A stretch of DNA of 64,000 bases from a virus. The notes under the pieces were generated by a model. That model saw only the letters and a program-made list of their open reading frames with translations. It did no database searches and was not told the origin of the DNA. The translations under genes were made by a program, and so were the position numbers. The first letter of the stretch is position 1. Each line of letters begins with the position of its first letter. The stretch lies in IMG/VR virus record IMGVR_UViG_3300042987_004038, positions 32,831-96,830 of that record. One strand, written 5' to 3'. Shown piece after piece: positions 1 to 10,140 of this stretch.

Positions 1-1
1 A

Positions 2-526
2 AAGACTTTCTTAACCCTGATGGCTGGATTATCAGGATTGCAAGAAAAGAAATACGATAGAATTGTCATCACAAGATCTCTCCAGACAGTTGGTAAAGAG
101 ATAGGATTTCTACCGGGAGACATTGATGACAAGATGAGCCCGTGGCTTTCTCCTATATTGGATAATTTTAGACAGGCATTCAAAGATGTCACATACTTTG
201 AAGCCATGAGACAGAAAGGACAAATTGAAATATCACCTCTTGCATTTATTAGAGGCAGAACTTTTAATAATACCTTCTTAATAGTTGATGAAGCACAAAA
301 TTCTACTATTCATGAGCTGAAAACTATCATCACGCGAGTAGGAGAAAACTCCAAGATTGTTCTTCTTGGCGATACAGATCAGATCGATACACCGTATCTT
401 GATAGCTTGTCGAATGGATTGACAATTACTATTGAGAAGTTTAAGAAGGAAAGGCTGACAGGTCATATAACTCTTACAAAAGGAGAGAGATCTGCGCTAG
501 CTACCTTGGCATCTCACCTGCTCTAG
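2..526 (+). CDS. phoH: PhoH-family ATPase (5'-truncated by the window edge)
   Basis: The frame is open from base 2 (KTFLTLMAG, end of Walker A). It has the PhoH motifs IGFLPGD, RGRTF, IVDEAQN, ITRVGE and GDTDQID. Confidence 0.93.
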   Translation, partial: KTFLTLMAGLSGLQEKKYDRIVITRSLQTVGKEIGFLPGDIDDKMSPWLSPILDNFRQAFKDVTYFEAMRQKGQIEISPLAFIRGRTFNNTFLIVDEAQNSTIHELKTIITRVGENSKIVLLGDTDQIDTPYLDSLSNGLTITIEKFKKERLTGHITLTKGERSALATLASHLL

Positions 527-533
527 ATATTTA
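527..533 (+). promoter_or_regulatory. Putative late promoter (ATATTTA)
   Basis: ATATTTA lies directly after the phoH stop and upstream of the tail-fibre operon. Identical heptamers occur at 45169 and 51095. Confidence 0.5.
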
Positions 534-550
534 AGAGTAAGGGTGCAAAA

Positions 551-880
551 TTGGCCACAACAATACTCCAAAAGCGTGATCTTAACAGGTTTACCAAGAT
601 TTATCCTTATGCCAGATTTCAAAAGAGAGAGATAACAATAGTAGGAGAAGATTTCAAAGTTGAAACAGGCATAATCAATTTTTCTAATGAATCTGGTCCA
701 AAGATCTATAGCTTTTCACAGACTTTTTCTACAGCACCAGCCATTTCAGCTATTTCCGTTCAAACAACGGAAAATTCTAACGTAAATGTATTCGCTAGCA
801 CAGTTTCTACGACGTCAGTTACTTTTGAATCCAGCGCACCATTCACTGGACAAGTAACATTTACAGCAATTCAGGCATAA
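551..880 (+). CDS. Small virion protein with H-type-lectin/gp53-like beta domain
   Basis: Pattern ETG...FSQTFSTAPAISAI...VSTTSVTF resembles H-type-lectin-like tail-fibre end domains. Paralog of 882..1112. Confidence 0.5.
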   Translation: MATTILQKRDLNRFTKIYPYARFQKREITIVGEDFKVETGIINFSNESGPKIYSFSQTFSTAPAISAISVQTTENSNVNVFASTVSTTSVTFESSAPFTGQVTFTAIQA

Positions 881-881
881 A

Positions 882-1112
882 ATGATACAGATAGACACAA
901 CTGAGGTTAATTTTTCCAATCAGGAATTTTTAAACCTGAATTTTTCTCAACCATTTATGTCAATTCCTGCTATCTCTGCCATTCCAGTAACAGGAGCAGG
1001 ATCTCCTTGCAACGTTGAGATATTTGTAAGTAACCTAACAACAACCGGATGCACACTTAATTCTTCATCTCGTTTTACGGGAAAAGTAAGAGTTGTTGCG
1101 GTGAGAGGATAA
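882..1112 (+). CDS. Small virion protein, paralog of 551..880
   Basis: FSQPFMSIPAISAI...NVEIFVSNLTTTGCTLNSSSRFTGKV aligns by eye with the upstream gene. Confidence 0.5.
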   Translation: MIQIDTTEVNFSNQEFLNLNFSQPFMSIPAISAIPVTGAGSPCNVEIFVSNLTTTGCTLNSSSRFTGKVRVVAVRG

Positions 1113-1116
1113 AAAG

Positions 1117-3060
1117 ATGGCAAGAGATTTTCTCGCTTCCCAGATTAGAACAAATCAGATAATAGCATCAAGAAGCTTTTCTTCTCAGCCATCTCTTTTT
1201 GTTATATCTGCTTCAAACGCAAACGGTCTAGGTGCAATAACTCCCACTATGGGAGCAGGATCAGACACATTTTTATTTGTATCGGGAAGTAGATCATCTG
1301 ATGCTTTAGTTGTGCTAGGTGGAAGTGTAAAGATCAGCGGATCTTTAACTGTATTTGACAATGTGACCCTTGGACAGAGTGCAGTTGATGTTATTGATTT
1401 TGAAGGAAGAATAGGATCAAATGTTGTTCCTTCTTCGAATAAATCCTACATCCTTGGAAATCCGTCATTTCAGTGGCTTGAAACACATTCAAGCACGGGA
1501 TCATTTGAGCATCTATCTGTTTCACAAAGAGGCATCTTTCCGTCTCAGCTATCTGGATCAATACAGCGAACATCCGCAGGAATATCATACCTTGTTGCAG
1601 GAACTGGTGTTACAATAGCATCAGCTTCTAACGGGCAGATAACAATCAGTTCAGCTGGTGGCGCTGGAACTCCTGGAGGATCTAATACACAAGTTCAATT
1701 CAACGACAGTGGAGCCTTTGGAGGAGATGACGGATTAGTCTATGACAAGTCAACAAAAACTCTCATAGTTGGAAACTTACTTGTCACAGGATCAGTTACT
1801 GCAATTACTACATCAAATCTAACAGTTTCTGATCCTATCATCTACCTTGCATCTGGGTCTTCTGGGCCAAACGTAAAGTCTGTGATTGCCTTTGCATCAG
1901 GATCTCAGGACATAAATAAGTCTTTGATATTTGGATCAATTGGCGCAAATGATATATTTGCATTTGCAAGACAAGATGTTCAAGGAGGTACAATATCGCA
2001 GTCTTCCTTGTCGTTTACTGATCTTGCGCCAATAAGAGCTAGCAAACTGGAAATAGGAGGACCTGGTGCTGCATTAACTTCATCTGATGCATCCAGCGTC
2101 CTTTTGTTCTCAGATGCAGCTGGATCTATCAAGATTGTTCCAGGATCAATTGGATTAAGTTTAGGAAATAGCCTATCTTCAGTTGCAATCTCAGGATCAA
2201 ATGTTAGATTTGGAAGTGATTCAAGTGAGTTTGGAGGTGAAATACCTCCAATTCCTGGAAATGACGTCTATCTTTTTGTGTCAGGATCGGGATCATCAAA
2301 AAGAGCTCTATTTGGAGGTGACGCAGTCACTTCAGGATCTTTCATAGTAAAAGCATCTGGCGGATCAACAGCAGTAATTGCTAATCCTCTAGGAGTTTTG
2401 AGCGCATCATCGAACATTCAAGGCGGGGGAAATCTTCTGATTGCAGGAAATGCAACTGCTAGAGGGGGTCTTCTAACGCTTTCAAACACAGCAGGCGATG
2501 CTGCAATAAATCAGGATGGCTCTGGAAATTTCACAATAAGGAACCTCGTTAGCGGTGGTCAATTTTTGGCCAGCGTAAGAACGTCAGGTGGTGTAACATC
2601 GAATTTTCTTGATGTAAGACCCAACGGATCGCTAACGGGCTCTGTTATATCAATTTTTCCGTCATCTATCTACGCAGGAGCATCAAATCCATTCTTTTCG
2701 ACAGACACTACCTTCTTCGTTGCAGGCAAGAGAGGAGCAAAAGATGGAATTAATAGAGGCACCGCGGTATTTGGCGGAGATGCTGTCATATCAGGTTCAG
2801 CCTATATTGGGTCTGATGGGACAGATAAACTTGTCATTCTTGCCAACATAGGATCAGATATAATACCTGATTCTAATGTCACCAGAAATCTAGGTTCACC
2901 TGTGAGAAGATTCGCGAATGTCTATACAGGAGACCTTCATCTGAAGAATGATAGGGGTGATTACACGCTCATTGAAGAAGAAGAATGTCTAACAATCAGA
3001 TTCAACAAGACAGGAAAAAGATACAAGTTTGTTCTCGAACCTGCCCCAGAATTTGACTAA
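1117..3060 (+). CDS. Tail fibre / fibre-like virion protein
   Basis: Ser/Gly/Thr-rich beta-strand repeats, GGSNTQVQFNDSGAFGG fibre motif, and a C-terminal YTGDLHLKNDRGDYTLIEE...TGKRYKF domain typical of phage fibre ends. Confidence 0.75.
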   Translation: MARDFLASQIRTNQIIASRSFSSQPSLFVISASNANGLGAITPTMGAGSDTFLFVSGSRSSDALVVLGGSVKISGSLTVFDNVTLGQSAVDVIDFEGRIGSNVVPSSNKSYILGNPSFQWLETHSSTGSFEHLSVSQRGIFPSQLSGSIQRTSAGISYLVAGTGVTIASASNGQITISSAGGAGTPGGSNTQVQFNDSGAFGGDDGLVYDKSTKTLIVGNLLVTGSVTAITTSNLTVSDPIIYLASGSSGPNVKSVIAFASGSQDINKSLIFGSIGANDIFAFARQDVQGGTISQSSLSFTDLAPIRASKLEIGGPGAALTSSDASSVLLFSDAAGSIKIVPGSIGLSLGNSLSSVAISGSNVRFGSDSSEFGGEIPPIPGNDVYLFVSGSGSSKRALFGGDAVTSGSFIVKASGGSTAVIANPLGVLSASSNIQGGGNLLIAGNATARGGLLTLSNTAGDAAINQDGSGNFTIRNLVSGGQFLASVRTSGGVTSNFLDVRPNGSLTGSVISIFPSSIYAGASNPFFSTDTTFFVAGKRGAKDGINRGTAVFGGDAVISGSAYIGSDGTDKLVILANIGSDIIPDSNVTRNLGSPVRRFANVYTGDLHLKNDRGDYTLIEEEECLTIRFNKTGKRYKFVLEPAPEFD

Positions 3061-3117
3061 AAAACAACGGGCACAGCATATTAACAAGAGCACGATAGAT
3101 ATTCGAAAGAGGTAAAA

Positions 3118-5346
3118 ATGGCTTTAGTTGGAAATATTTCAGGATCAGGTGGAGTTAGTAACACAATCGGCATAACGGGATCTTTGATTATTGCCAATCC
3201 CGGAACTGCAGTATTTCCTACATTTCCAGGGTCAGACGTAGCCCTATTTGTTTCGGGAAACATTGCATCAAAGCCTGCAACATCGCCCGATCTTTCTGTT
3301 AGAGGAACGACAGTCTTCGGAGGCGATGTTGTAATTAGTGGTACGCTCTTTGGTGGCTCACCACTTTACATTGGTTCATTCCTATCAGCATCTCAGGGTG
3401 CAGAGATTGGTGGAACTGTTACATTTACAGGCACTACAGCTCCAAAATTCAATAATGGTCTATCTGGATCACTAACGAATCTTACTGATGGTACGAGCTA
3501 CCTCATAGCCGGATCAAACATTACCATTGCTACCGGCACAAACGGTGCAGTTACTATTAGCTCCACTGCAGCAGGAGGAGGATCAAACTTCTTCCTTGAT
3601 ACTGCAGGCGCTGGAAAGATCTACACGACAGCTAGCTCTGTTACTTTTCCTTTCGGAGAATTATTAGTTGATGAAGCAGCAGATAAAGGAACAGATGTTG
3701 TCTTCTATGTTTCCGGATCTGCATCTGGCACTGCTACCGCTCTATTTTCTGGAAATATTGTCACATCTGGATCAGTTAAGATTGCAGGAAATATAACAGG
3801 TGACAATACAGGACCAAGAACAATATTTGGAGATGTTGTTGGAATAACAATTGGAGGGGCTTCCAGCACAATTACTTCTCCAGGAAACTTAACAGTCAAT
3901 GGAAATTTGACCGTTAATGGAACAACAACCACAATAGACACAACTAACCTTCTTGTTAAAGATCCAGTTATCCTCATGGCCTCGGGCGCAGCGGGTCCCA
4001 ATAGAAACGGAGGAATAGCAATCTTTTCTGGATCTTCGGATGCAACTGCTCCGGGCGCTAGGACAGAGCTTGTATTTGGTCGAGTTGCGAACGATACATG
4101 GGGCGCCGGAAAGTTCAATACAGATAATGGAACATCGACAGATCTTACAGGTATGACGTTGCTTCCTGTAAGGGCTTCAAAGTTTGAAGTTGGAAGCACA
4201 AATGCTTATATTACATCTTCAAACGGCAGCGCAGTTTTAATAAATGCTGCGTCATCAAATACCATAGGCTTCAGCTTCGGTGGAATCGGATTTGCAGAGA
4301 TTCTTGAATCCGGTGTTGATGCAAAATTTGGATCAACGGGGACAAAAAATCTTGTTCTAAGTGGTACCAGCATCTCAATGGTCGCAGGTGCAAACGGAAC
4401 AACGTTCCAGAGAGACACAAGTGTTATTGGAGCTATAACGGGAGTTACCGCTACAAGCATGACTCTTGCTGCACGTTCAGGTGCAACAGCAACCTCTCTT
4501 GTTCTATCTGGATCTGGATTGACGCTGGGCGCAAACTCTACAGTTGTAGACTTCCAGTTTGGAACAGGCGCAGGATCTCTAAGGGGTGTGGCATCTAGTG
4601 CCAACGGATTTACTCTTGGATCACAGGCTGGAGTAAATCTAAATCTCAGCGGATCCAATAACCTCTTGATGCGTCACGGTGCAACAGGGGTTGGATTTCA
4701 GCAGCATTCTCTGCCATACCTAACGATAAATTCAGGATCAATTACTCTTTCTACAAATACTGCACTTATAACGGCAGATGCTGGAAAGGCTCTCTTGGTT
4801 GGCGGATCTCTGACTACGGTTGTTAGCGGTTCTGACATATTCCTAGATTCTTCAGCAAATGGTGTAACACTCAGGAAAGATTCAGCATCTTTTGCACAAA
4901 TCTCTTCTCCAGCTGCAAACACATTCACAATTGCACCTGCCGCTACATTCACAACAGCAAATATTGTTAACACTGTTGCAACTACAGTGAATTTTGCAGG
5001 ATTTGCATCAACATTGCTGAACATGGGAAATACAGCCGGAAGTACAGTAATTTCAGGATCTGTAACAATGCCGGGATCTCTATCAGTTCAGGGCGCCGTG
5101 ACGCTGGGAGATGGTGTTGGTGATAATATCACGTTTACAGGTCGTGCAGCATCAAGCCTGGTTCCAAATGCAAATAACTCATTCGATCTTGGTCAGCCAG
5201 ATCTTAGGTGGCGAAACATGTACACCGGTGACTTGCATCTCAAAAACGAGCGAGGAGACTGGACAATTATAGAGGAAAGAGATTTCCTTACAATTACAAA
5301 CAATCACACAGGAAGAAGATACAAGTTTGTAATGCAAGAGATCTAA
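3118..5346 (+). CDS. Tail fibre / fibre-like virion protein (paralog of 1117..3060)
   Basis: GNLTVNGNLTVNGTTTTIDT shaft motif, the same C-terminal YTGDLHLKNERGDWTIIEE...TGRRYKF domain, and a Shine-Dalgarno (SD) GAGGT upstream. Confidence 0.75.
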   Translation: MALVGNISGSGGVSNTIGITGSLIIANPGTAVFPTFPGSDVALFVSGNIASKPATSPDLSVRGTTVFGGDVVISGTLFGGSPLYIGSFLSASQGAEIGGTVTFTGTTAPKFNNGLSGSLTNLTDGTSYLIAGSNITIATGTNGAVTISSTAAGGGSNFFLDTAGAGKIYTTASSVTFPFGELLVDEAADKGTDVVFYVSGSASGTATALFSGNIVTSGSVKIAGNITGDNTGPRTIFGDVVGITIGGASSTITSPGNLTVNGNLTVNGTTTTIDTTNLLVKDPVILMASGAAGPNRNGGIAIFSGSSDATAPGARTELVFGRVANDTWGAGKFNTDNGTSTDLTGMTLLPVRASKFEVGSTNAYITSSNGSAVLINAASSNTIGFSFGGIGFAEILESGVDAKFGSTGTKNLVLSGTSISMVAGANGTTFQRDTSVIGAITGVTATSMTLAARSGATATSLVLSGSGLTLGANSTVVDFQFGTGAGSLRGVASSANGFTLGSQAGVNLNLSGSNNLLMRHGATGVGFQQHSLPYLTINSGSITLSTNTALITADAGKALLVGGSLTTVVSGSDIFLDSSANGVTLRKDSASFAQISSPAANTFTIAPAATFTTANIVNTVATTVNFAGFASTLLNMGNTAGSTVISGSVTMPGSLSVQGAVTLGDGVGDNITFTGRAASSLVPNANNSFDLGQPDLRWRNMYTGDLHLKNERGDWTIIEERDFLTITNNHTGRRYKFVMQEI

Positions 5347-5363
5347 GACAAGATAGATTATAG

Positions 5364-5395
5364 AAAATCCCAGGCCTTTTGGGCCTGGGATTTTT
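5364..5395 (+). terminator. Rho-independent (possibly bidirectional) terminator
   Basis: Perfect inverted repeat AAAATCCCAGGCC-TTTTG-GGCCTGGGATTTT ending in a T run, just after the fibre gene stop. Confidence 0.9.
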
Positions 5396-5397
5396 GT

Positions 5398-5426
5398 TTA
5401 AACATTATGAATTGTTTGACTACTAT
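5398..5426 (+). promoter_or_regulatory. Putative sigma70-type promoter for the glycan cluster (leaderless)
   Basis: TTAAAC-17 nt-TACTAT, with ATG 7 nt after the -10 box and no SD. Confidence 0.4.
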
Positions 5427-5433
5427 TTGATTT

Positions 5434-7272
5434 ATGAATGATAAGATAATTTTTGTAGCTGATCTTTTTTCTGAAGACTACGCAGGTGGCGCTGAGTTAA
5501 CGACAGAAGCGCTAATAAGCAAGAACCCAATTAACACAGTTAAGATTCTTTCTAGAAACTTGAACATGCAAATCATGCAGCAATACGCAGATTGCGTGTG
5601 GGTCTTTGGAAATTTTGCATCCCTTGACTTCAATTTAATACCTGCAATTGCAACAAATCTTAGATACGTCATTCTCGAGTATGACTACAAGTTTTGTAAA
5701 TACAGATCAGTTGAAAAGCACTTAATAGAGACAGGGAGTCAGTGTGATTGTCACGATAGGGAAATAGGAAAACTAGTATCCGCTTTTTATTATGCGTCAG
5801 ATCACATCTTTTGGATGTCTTTAGAACAGAGAAGCCGATATCTTGAAAGATTTCCATTTTTATCCGATAAAAAGACTACTGTCCTAAGCTCAGTCTTCAG
5901 CGATAACTTCTTTGAAAAAATTTCATCAATAAATTCTGACAAAAGGAAGAGAGATGGATGGATTGTTCTTGGTTCAAAATCTTGGATCAAGGGAGCAGAT
6001 GATGCAGAATCCTGGTGCAAGGAGAATGGAAAAAAATATGAGATAGTATGGGATATTCCCTATGAAAAAATGCTTGATAAGTTTTCCATTGCAGAAGGAT
6101 TTGTCTATCTCCCGAAAGGAGGAGATACTTGCCCAAGGATGGTAATAGAGGCAAAGCTTCTTGGCTGCAGTATTGTCACAAACAGCAATGTCCAGCATGC
6201 AACTGAGGAATGGTTCCAGTCAGCGCCAGATGACATCTGTTCCTATCTAAAGGGAAGACCTGATGTGTTCTGGGGCGAGGTAATTCGAATCAATCAGAAC
6301 CAACCCAGCATATCAGGATACACTACGACGCTTGACTGCATTAAGCACAGGTATCCCTTTGAAGAATCAATCAGATCCATGATAGGATTTTGTGACGAAG
6401 TCGTTATTGTCGACGGAGGGTCAACTGATGGAACCTGGGAAGTTCTTCAGAATTGGGCACAAAATGAGAAGAAGCTTAAAATAGTGCAAAACAAGAGAGA
6501 CTGGTCTCACAAGAGATTCGCTGTCTTCGATGGAGACCAGAAGGCTGTTGCAAGAAGCTATTGCACCGGTGATTTTTGCTGGCAAATGGATGCTGATGAA
6601 GTCCTGCCAGCAGCTGATTGGGAAAAGGTAAGAAATATTTGTAAAAATTTCCCAAAGAATACAAATCTGATATGTCTGCCAGTTGTTGAATACTGGGGAT
6701 CAAAAGAAAAAGTTAGAATGGATATTACACCCTGGAAGTGGCGGCTTAGTAGAAATCTTCCTCACATCACGCACGGCATTCCTGCAAGTCTTCGCAGGGT
6801 TGATGAAAATGGAGATACATTCGCGCAACAAGGAACTGATGGATGTGATTACATCAATTCGAAGACCGGAGAACATATCTCAGCTGCAAACTTCTATACA
6901 GAGGAGGCGCATCGTGCCAGAATTGCAGCGCTAAACGGTCATGTCGAGGCACGACATGCATTCCAGGAATGGTTTAAGAACGCAATCAGTGTTCTCCCAT
7001 CTCCCAGGCATTTCTCATGGTTTGATATTGAGAGAAAAATTAGGACTTATAGGGATTACTGGCAAAAACACTGGGAAAGCTTGTACGATATTAAGCAAGA
7101 AGATACACCTGAAAACAACATGTTCTTTGATAAGTCTTGGAAAGACGTGTCTGATGATGAAATCACTAATTTATCAAGTAGGCTTTCTAGAGAAATGGGA
7201 GGGTGGATATTTCACAGAAAGATTGACTGGAATCAAAAGACACCCTATATGACAATATCTGAAAATGAATAA
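5434..7272 (+). CDS. Two-domain glycosyltransferase (GT-B/GT4-like fused to GT2)
   Basis: The N-terminal half has DTCPRMVIEAKLLG (GT4 EX7E-like motif). The C-terminal half has VIVDGGSTDGT and WQMDADE (GT2 DxD). Confidence 0.85.
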   Translation: MNDKIIFVADLFSEDYAGGAELTTEALISKNPINTVKILSRNLNMQIMQQYADCVWVFGNFASLDFNLIPAIATNLRYVILEYDYKFCKYRSVEKHLIETGSQCDCHDREIGKLVSAFYYASDHIFWMSLEQRSRYLERFPFLSDKKTTVLSSVFSDNFFEKISSINSDKRKRDGWIVLGSKSWIKGADDAESWCKENGKKYEIVWDIPYEKMLDKFSIAEGFVYLPKGGDTCPRMVIEAKLLGCSIVTNSNVQHATEEWFQSAPDDICSYLKGRPDVFWGEVIRINQNQPSISGYTTTLDCIKHRYPFEESIRSMIGFCDEVVIVDGGSTDGTWEVLQNWAQNEKKLKIVQNKRDWSHKRFAVFDGDQKAVARSYCTGDFCWQMDADEVLPAADWEKVRNICKNFPKNTNLICLPVVEYWGSKEKVRMDITPWKWRLSRNLPHITHGIPASLRRVDENGDTFAQQGTDGCDYINSKTGEHISAANFYTEEAHRARIAALNGHVEARHAFQEWFKNAISVLPSPRHFSWFDIERKIRTYRDYWQKHWESLYDIKQEDTPENNMFFDKSWKDVSDDEITNLSSRLSREMGGWIFHRKIDWNQKTPYMTISENE

Positions 7273-8005
7273 GTTTCATTTTATTGTTCCTGCTTTTAAT
7301 TGCAGAAAAGAAATTGAGAGTACCCTCTGGTCAATTGTTGGTCAGACTTATAAAAATTGGACTGCAACAATAATTGATGATTTGTCAACAGACGGAACTG
7401 GAGAGTTTTGCGAAGACTTCTTTAGAAAAATTGGGATGTCTAATAAAGCTAGAGTCATCTATCGGACTGAAAAATTTGGAGAGACTAAAAACACTGTCGA
7501 CGTCTGTTCGACATTAGATGAAGATGAGATAGTCGTTAGACTAGATGCAGGAGACTGGATTACAGATCTTGGTTGCCTCCAGATATTGGATTCAGTTTAC
7601 GCATCTCATGATCCCGCTGTTTTGTGGACAGCGCACAGATGGGCATGGACAAACCAAAATATTTCTGGACCAATTGACCCAAACATTTCAGTGTATGACC
7701 AGCCCTGGAGAAGTAGTCACCTAAAAACATTTAGGGTTAGAGATTTCAAGGGTCTTGGCATAAAAAACTTCCTAGACGAAGAAGGAAACTATATTGTTAT
7801 AGCTTGTGATCAAGCTGTATTCTTGCCAATGATGGAAAGGGCCAGAAGGAAGGGTCGCCCTCTTGTATTTCTTCCTATGGTCATGTATCATTACTCAATA
7901 GATCTCCATAAGCCTGATCTTTTTACTTGCGACAGATCATTAAGGCAAAAGCAGAGCGCTGAATGGATAAGATCTCGAGGCTTTATAGATGAGAATACTA
8001 TTTGA
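7265..8005 (+). CDS. Glycosyltransferase family 2
   Basis: IVPAFN, QTYKNW, IIDDLSTDGT, RLDAGD. Confidence 0.88.
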   Translation: MNKFHFIVPAFNCRKEIESTLWSIVGQTYKNWTATIIDDLSTDGTGEFCEDFFRKIGMSNKARVIYRTEKFGETKNTVDVCSTLDEDEIVVRLDAGDWITDLGCLQILDSVYASHDPAVLWTAHRWAWTNQNISGPIDPNISVYDQPWRSSHLKTFRVRDFKGLGIKNFLDEEGNYIVIACDQAVFLPMMERARRKGRPLVFLPMVMYHYSIDLHKPDLFTCDRSLRQKQSAEWIRSRGFIDENTI

Positions 8006-8906
8006 AAATGTTGACTTCAATTCAAGGACCGGACCAAATGGATTCGGGCTAAAGCTAGCAAAGAATTTGATCAAAGCTGGAAACGAGATTGTATCGAACA
8101 ATCCTGATGTTTGTTTGTCGTTTATTCAAAGCACTAATTCATTTTTTCCTACTGTTCTTAGGCTTGATGGAATTTACTTCAATTCAGATCAAGATTGGCA
8201 GAAAATGAATGAATTAATCAAGTGTAGCTATCAAAAATCTGAGTCAGTTATTATCCAGAGCCATTTTGACAAAGATTTAGTGTTTAAATTTTTTGGACAA
8301 AGAGAAAATGTTTTTGTAATACCTAACGGGACAGATATCGGAGAAATATCAAAAATTAATCCCGCGATTGATCCAAATAGATTTCCGCGTGAGAAAGTCT
8401 GGATGTGTGCATCTTCGTGGAGACCTCACAAAAGGCTTGATGAAAATATAAGACTTTTCCAGGAGAGAGCAGATAGTGATAGTGTTCTTCTCATTGCAGG
8501 TTCTAACATTGAGAGAAACATCTTTCGAAAAGAAAGAATAGACCAGAGAATCAGGATCTTGGGAGATCTAAGCTGGGAACAAATGATTTCATGCATGAAA
8601 TCGTCAGGAAATTTTTTACACCTTGCATGGCTTGATCATTGTCCGAATGTTGTAATTGACGCAAAAGCAGCAGGATGCAAAGTTCACGTCTCAAATTCTG
8701 GAGGAACTCCAGAGATTATTGATGAAGAAGATTTTCTATATGAAGATTCATATTTTGATTTTTCCCCGGTCAGTCTTTATTCTCCCCCTGAATTGAATTT
8801 TGTTGAAATGAAAATAAACAAAATCAAAAAATTTGATTTTGACATTTCTTCTTCTGCATCAAAGTACTATAGTGTAATGAAGGATTGTTATGAAAAAAAC
8901 CTCTGA
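7989..8906 (+). CDS. Glycosyltransferase family 4 (GT-B)
   Basis: VIPNG, WRPHKRL, DHCPNVVIDAKAAG, SNSGGTPEI. Confidence 0.85.
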   Translation: MRILFENVDFNSRTGPNGFGLKLAKNLIKAGNEIVSNNPDVCLSFIQSTNSFFPTVLRLDGIYFNSDQDWQKMNELIKCSYQKSESVIIQSHFDKDLVFKFFGQRENVFVIPNGTDIGEISKINPAIDPNRFPREKVWMCASSWRPHKRLDENIRLFQERADSDSVLLIAGSNIERNIFRKERIDQRIRILGDLSWEQMISCMKSSGNFLHLAWLDHCPNVVIDAKAAGCKVHVSNSGGTPEIIDEEDFLYEDSYFDFSPVSLYSPPELNFVEMKINKIKKFDFDISSSASKYYSVMKDCYEKNL

Positions 8907-10140
8907 ATATGAATCATATGAGGACTACTGCACACGGCAGATGTCAAAAACACTCAATCCAGAAAAAAGAGAAAAGTGGCTGAGAGAAGAGTGGAATCCA
9001 AAGATTGAAGGTTTTATTCAGATATTTTCAAGATTTTCTGGATTTTTGAAACCTGACTCCAGAGTTCTGTGCATAGGAGCAAGAACTGGTCAAGAGGTTG
9101 TTGCCCTAAATAGGCTAGGAATAAAAGATGTCACGGGAATTGATCTTGTTGAGTGCCCTCCCCATGTAATCAAGGGAGACATGCATAATTTGTCATTTGA
9201 TGATGAATCATTTGATTTTGTTTTTTCAAATATTTTTGATCACTCTTTGTATCCAAAGAAGTTTATAAGTGAGATTGAGAGAGTCTTGAAAGTTGATGGA
9301 ATTTGTTCTTTACAATTCCAGATAAGCATAAATCAAGATGAATTCACAGAGCACATTATAGAAAATCCTTTTTATGACATTTTGCCTCTTTTTGATATTT
9401 CATATTGTCACCATGTCGAGAGCTTTCCTCCCAACTTTGCTGGCATGAATTTTGAAGTTATAATGAGAAAAGACAGAGATCTAACTTCTATATTCAAGAA
9501 TTATGGTACAATCGAGACGATTGAGGTTCCTGATGATTTCAATAGTCTTTGGTTTGATATCAATCTTCCAATCCAATCAAAGAAGCTTGATGATGCAAGA
9601 ATTTTTGATCCAGATGAGAGAGAAAATATTTTAAACAAGCTTTCAAAGCGAGCGTATTTCTTGGCTGTTCATGCTAAGCAATATAATTCAAAAAATATAG
9701 CTGAAGTTGGAACAGCTGAGGGTTGGCAATTCTATACGTTTTGCAAAGCTTTAACAGATGAAGATTCTATCTGGTCTTGTGATATTAGAGACGCAAGAAG
9801 CAAAAAATACAAGGACACTTTTAAATCAGAAAGATTTGTCAATGGAAACAGTCTAGAGCTTGCAAAGAAAATCAAAGAAAGCAATCAAAAGATAGATTTT
9901 TTCTACATCGATGGTGCACATGATAAGGGATCTGTTATAAATGATGTCATTTCCCTGTTAGATGTACAGGGAGAGAATCCTGTTTGGGTTTTTGATGATT
10001 TCGATCAGAGATTTGGATGCTTTGAAGACATTATCAATATTTCTGTATCTTCAAAGCATTTCAAGGTCTATACACTTGGAAAGACTGCTAGCGGTAATCC
10101 TACACATCAAGTAATGTGTAAATCAAAGTTTATCAACTAG
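8890..10140 (+). CDS. Tandem double SAM-dependent methyltransferase
   Basis: N-domain: VLCIGARTG...GDMHNLSFDDESFDFVFS...ERVLK. C-domain: AEVGTAEG...GNS...DFFYIDGAH...VFDDF (Methyltransf_24-like). Confidence 0.82.
   Translation: MKKTSEYESYEDYCTRQMSKTLNPEKREKWLREEWNPKIEGFIQIFSRFSGFLKPDSRVLCIGARTGQEVVALNRLGIKDVTGIDLVECPPHVIKGDMHNLSFDDESFDFVFSNIFDHSLYPKKFISEIERVLKVDGICSLQFQISINQDEFTEHIIENPFYDILPLFDISYCHHVESFPPNFAGMNFEVIMRKDRDLTSIFKNYGTIETIEVPDDFNSLWFDINLPIQSKKLDDARIFDPDERENILNKLSKRAYFLAVHAKQYNSKNIAEVGTAEGWQFYTFCKALTDEDSIWSCDIRDARSKKYKDTFKSERFVNGNSLELAKKIKESNQKIDFFYIDGAHDKGSVINDVISLLDVQGENPVWVFDDFDQRFGCFEDIINISVSSKHFKVYTLGKTASGNPTHQVMCKSKFIN

Noticed and set aside
3705-5024. Series of minus-strand ORFs opposite the second fibre gene
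   Set aside because: Antisense open frames expected from Gly/Thr/Ala-rich coding.
1117-5346. Diversity-generating retroelement acting on the similar fibre C-termini
   Set aside because: The two ends differ at all base types rather than only at adenines, and no reverse transcriptase or non-coding template repeat is in the window.
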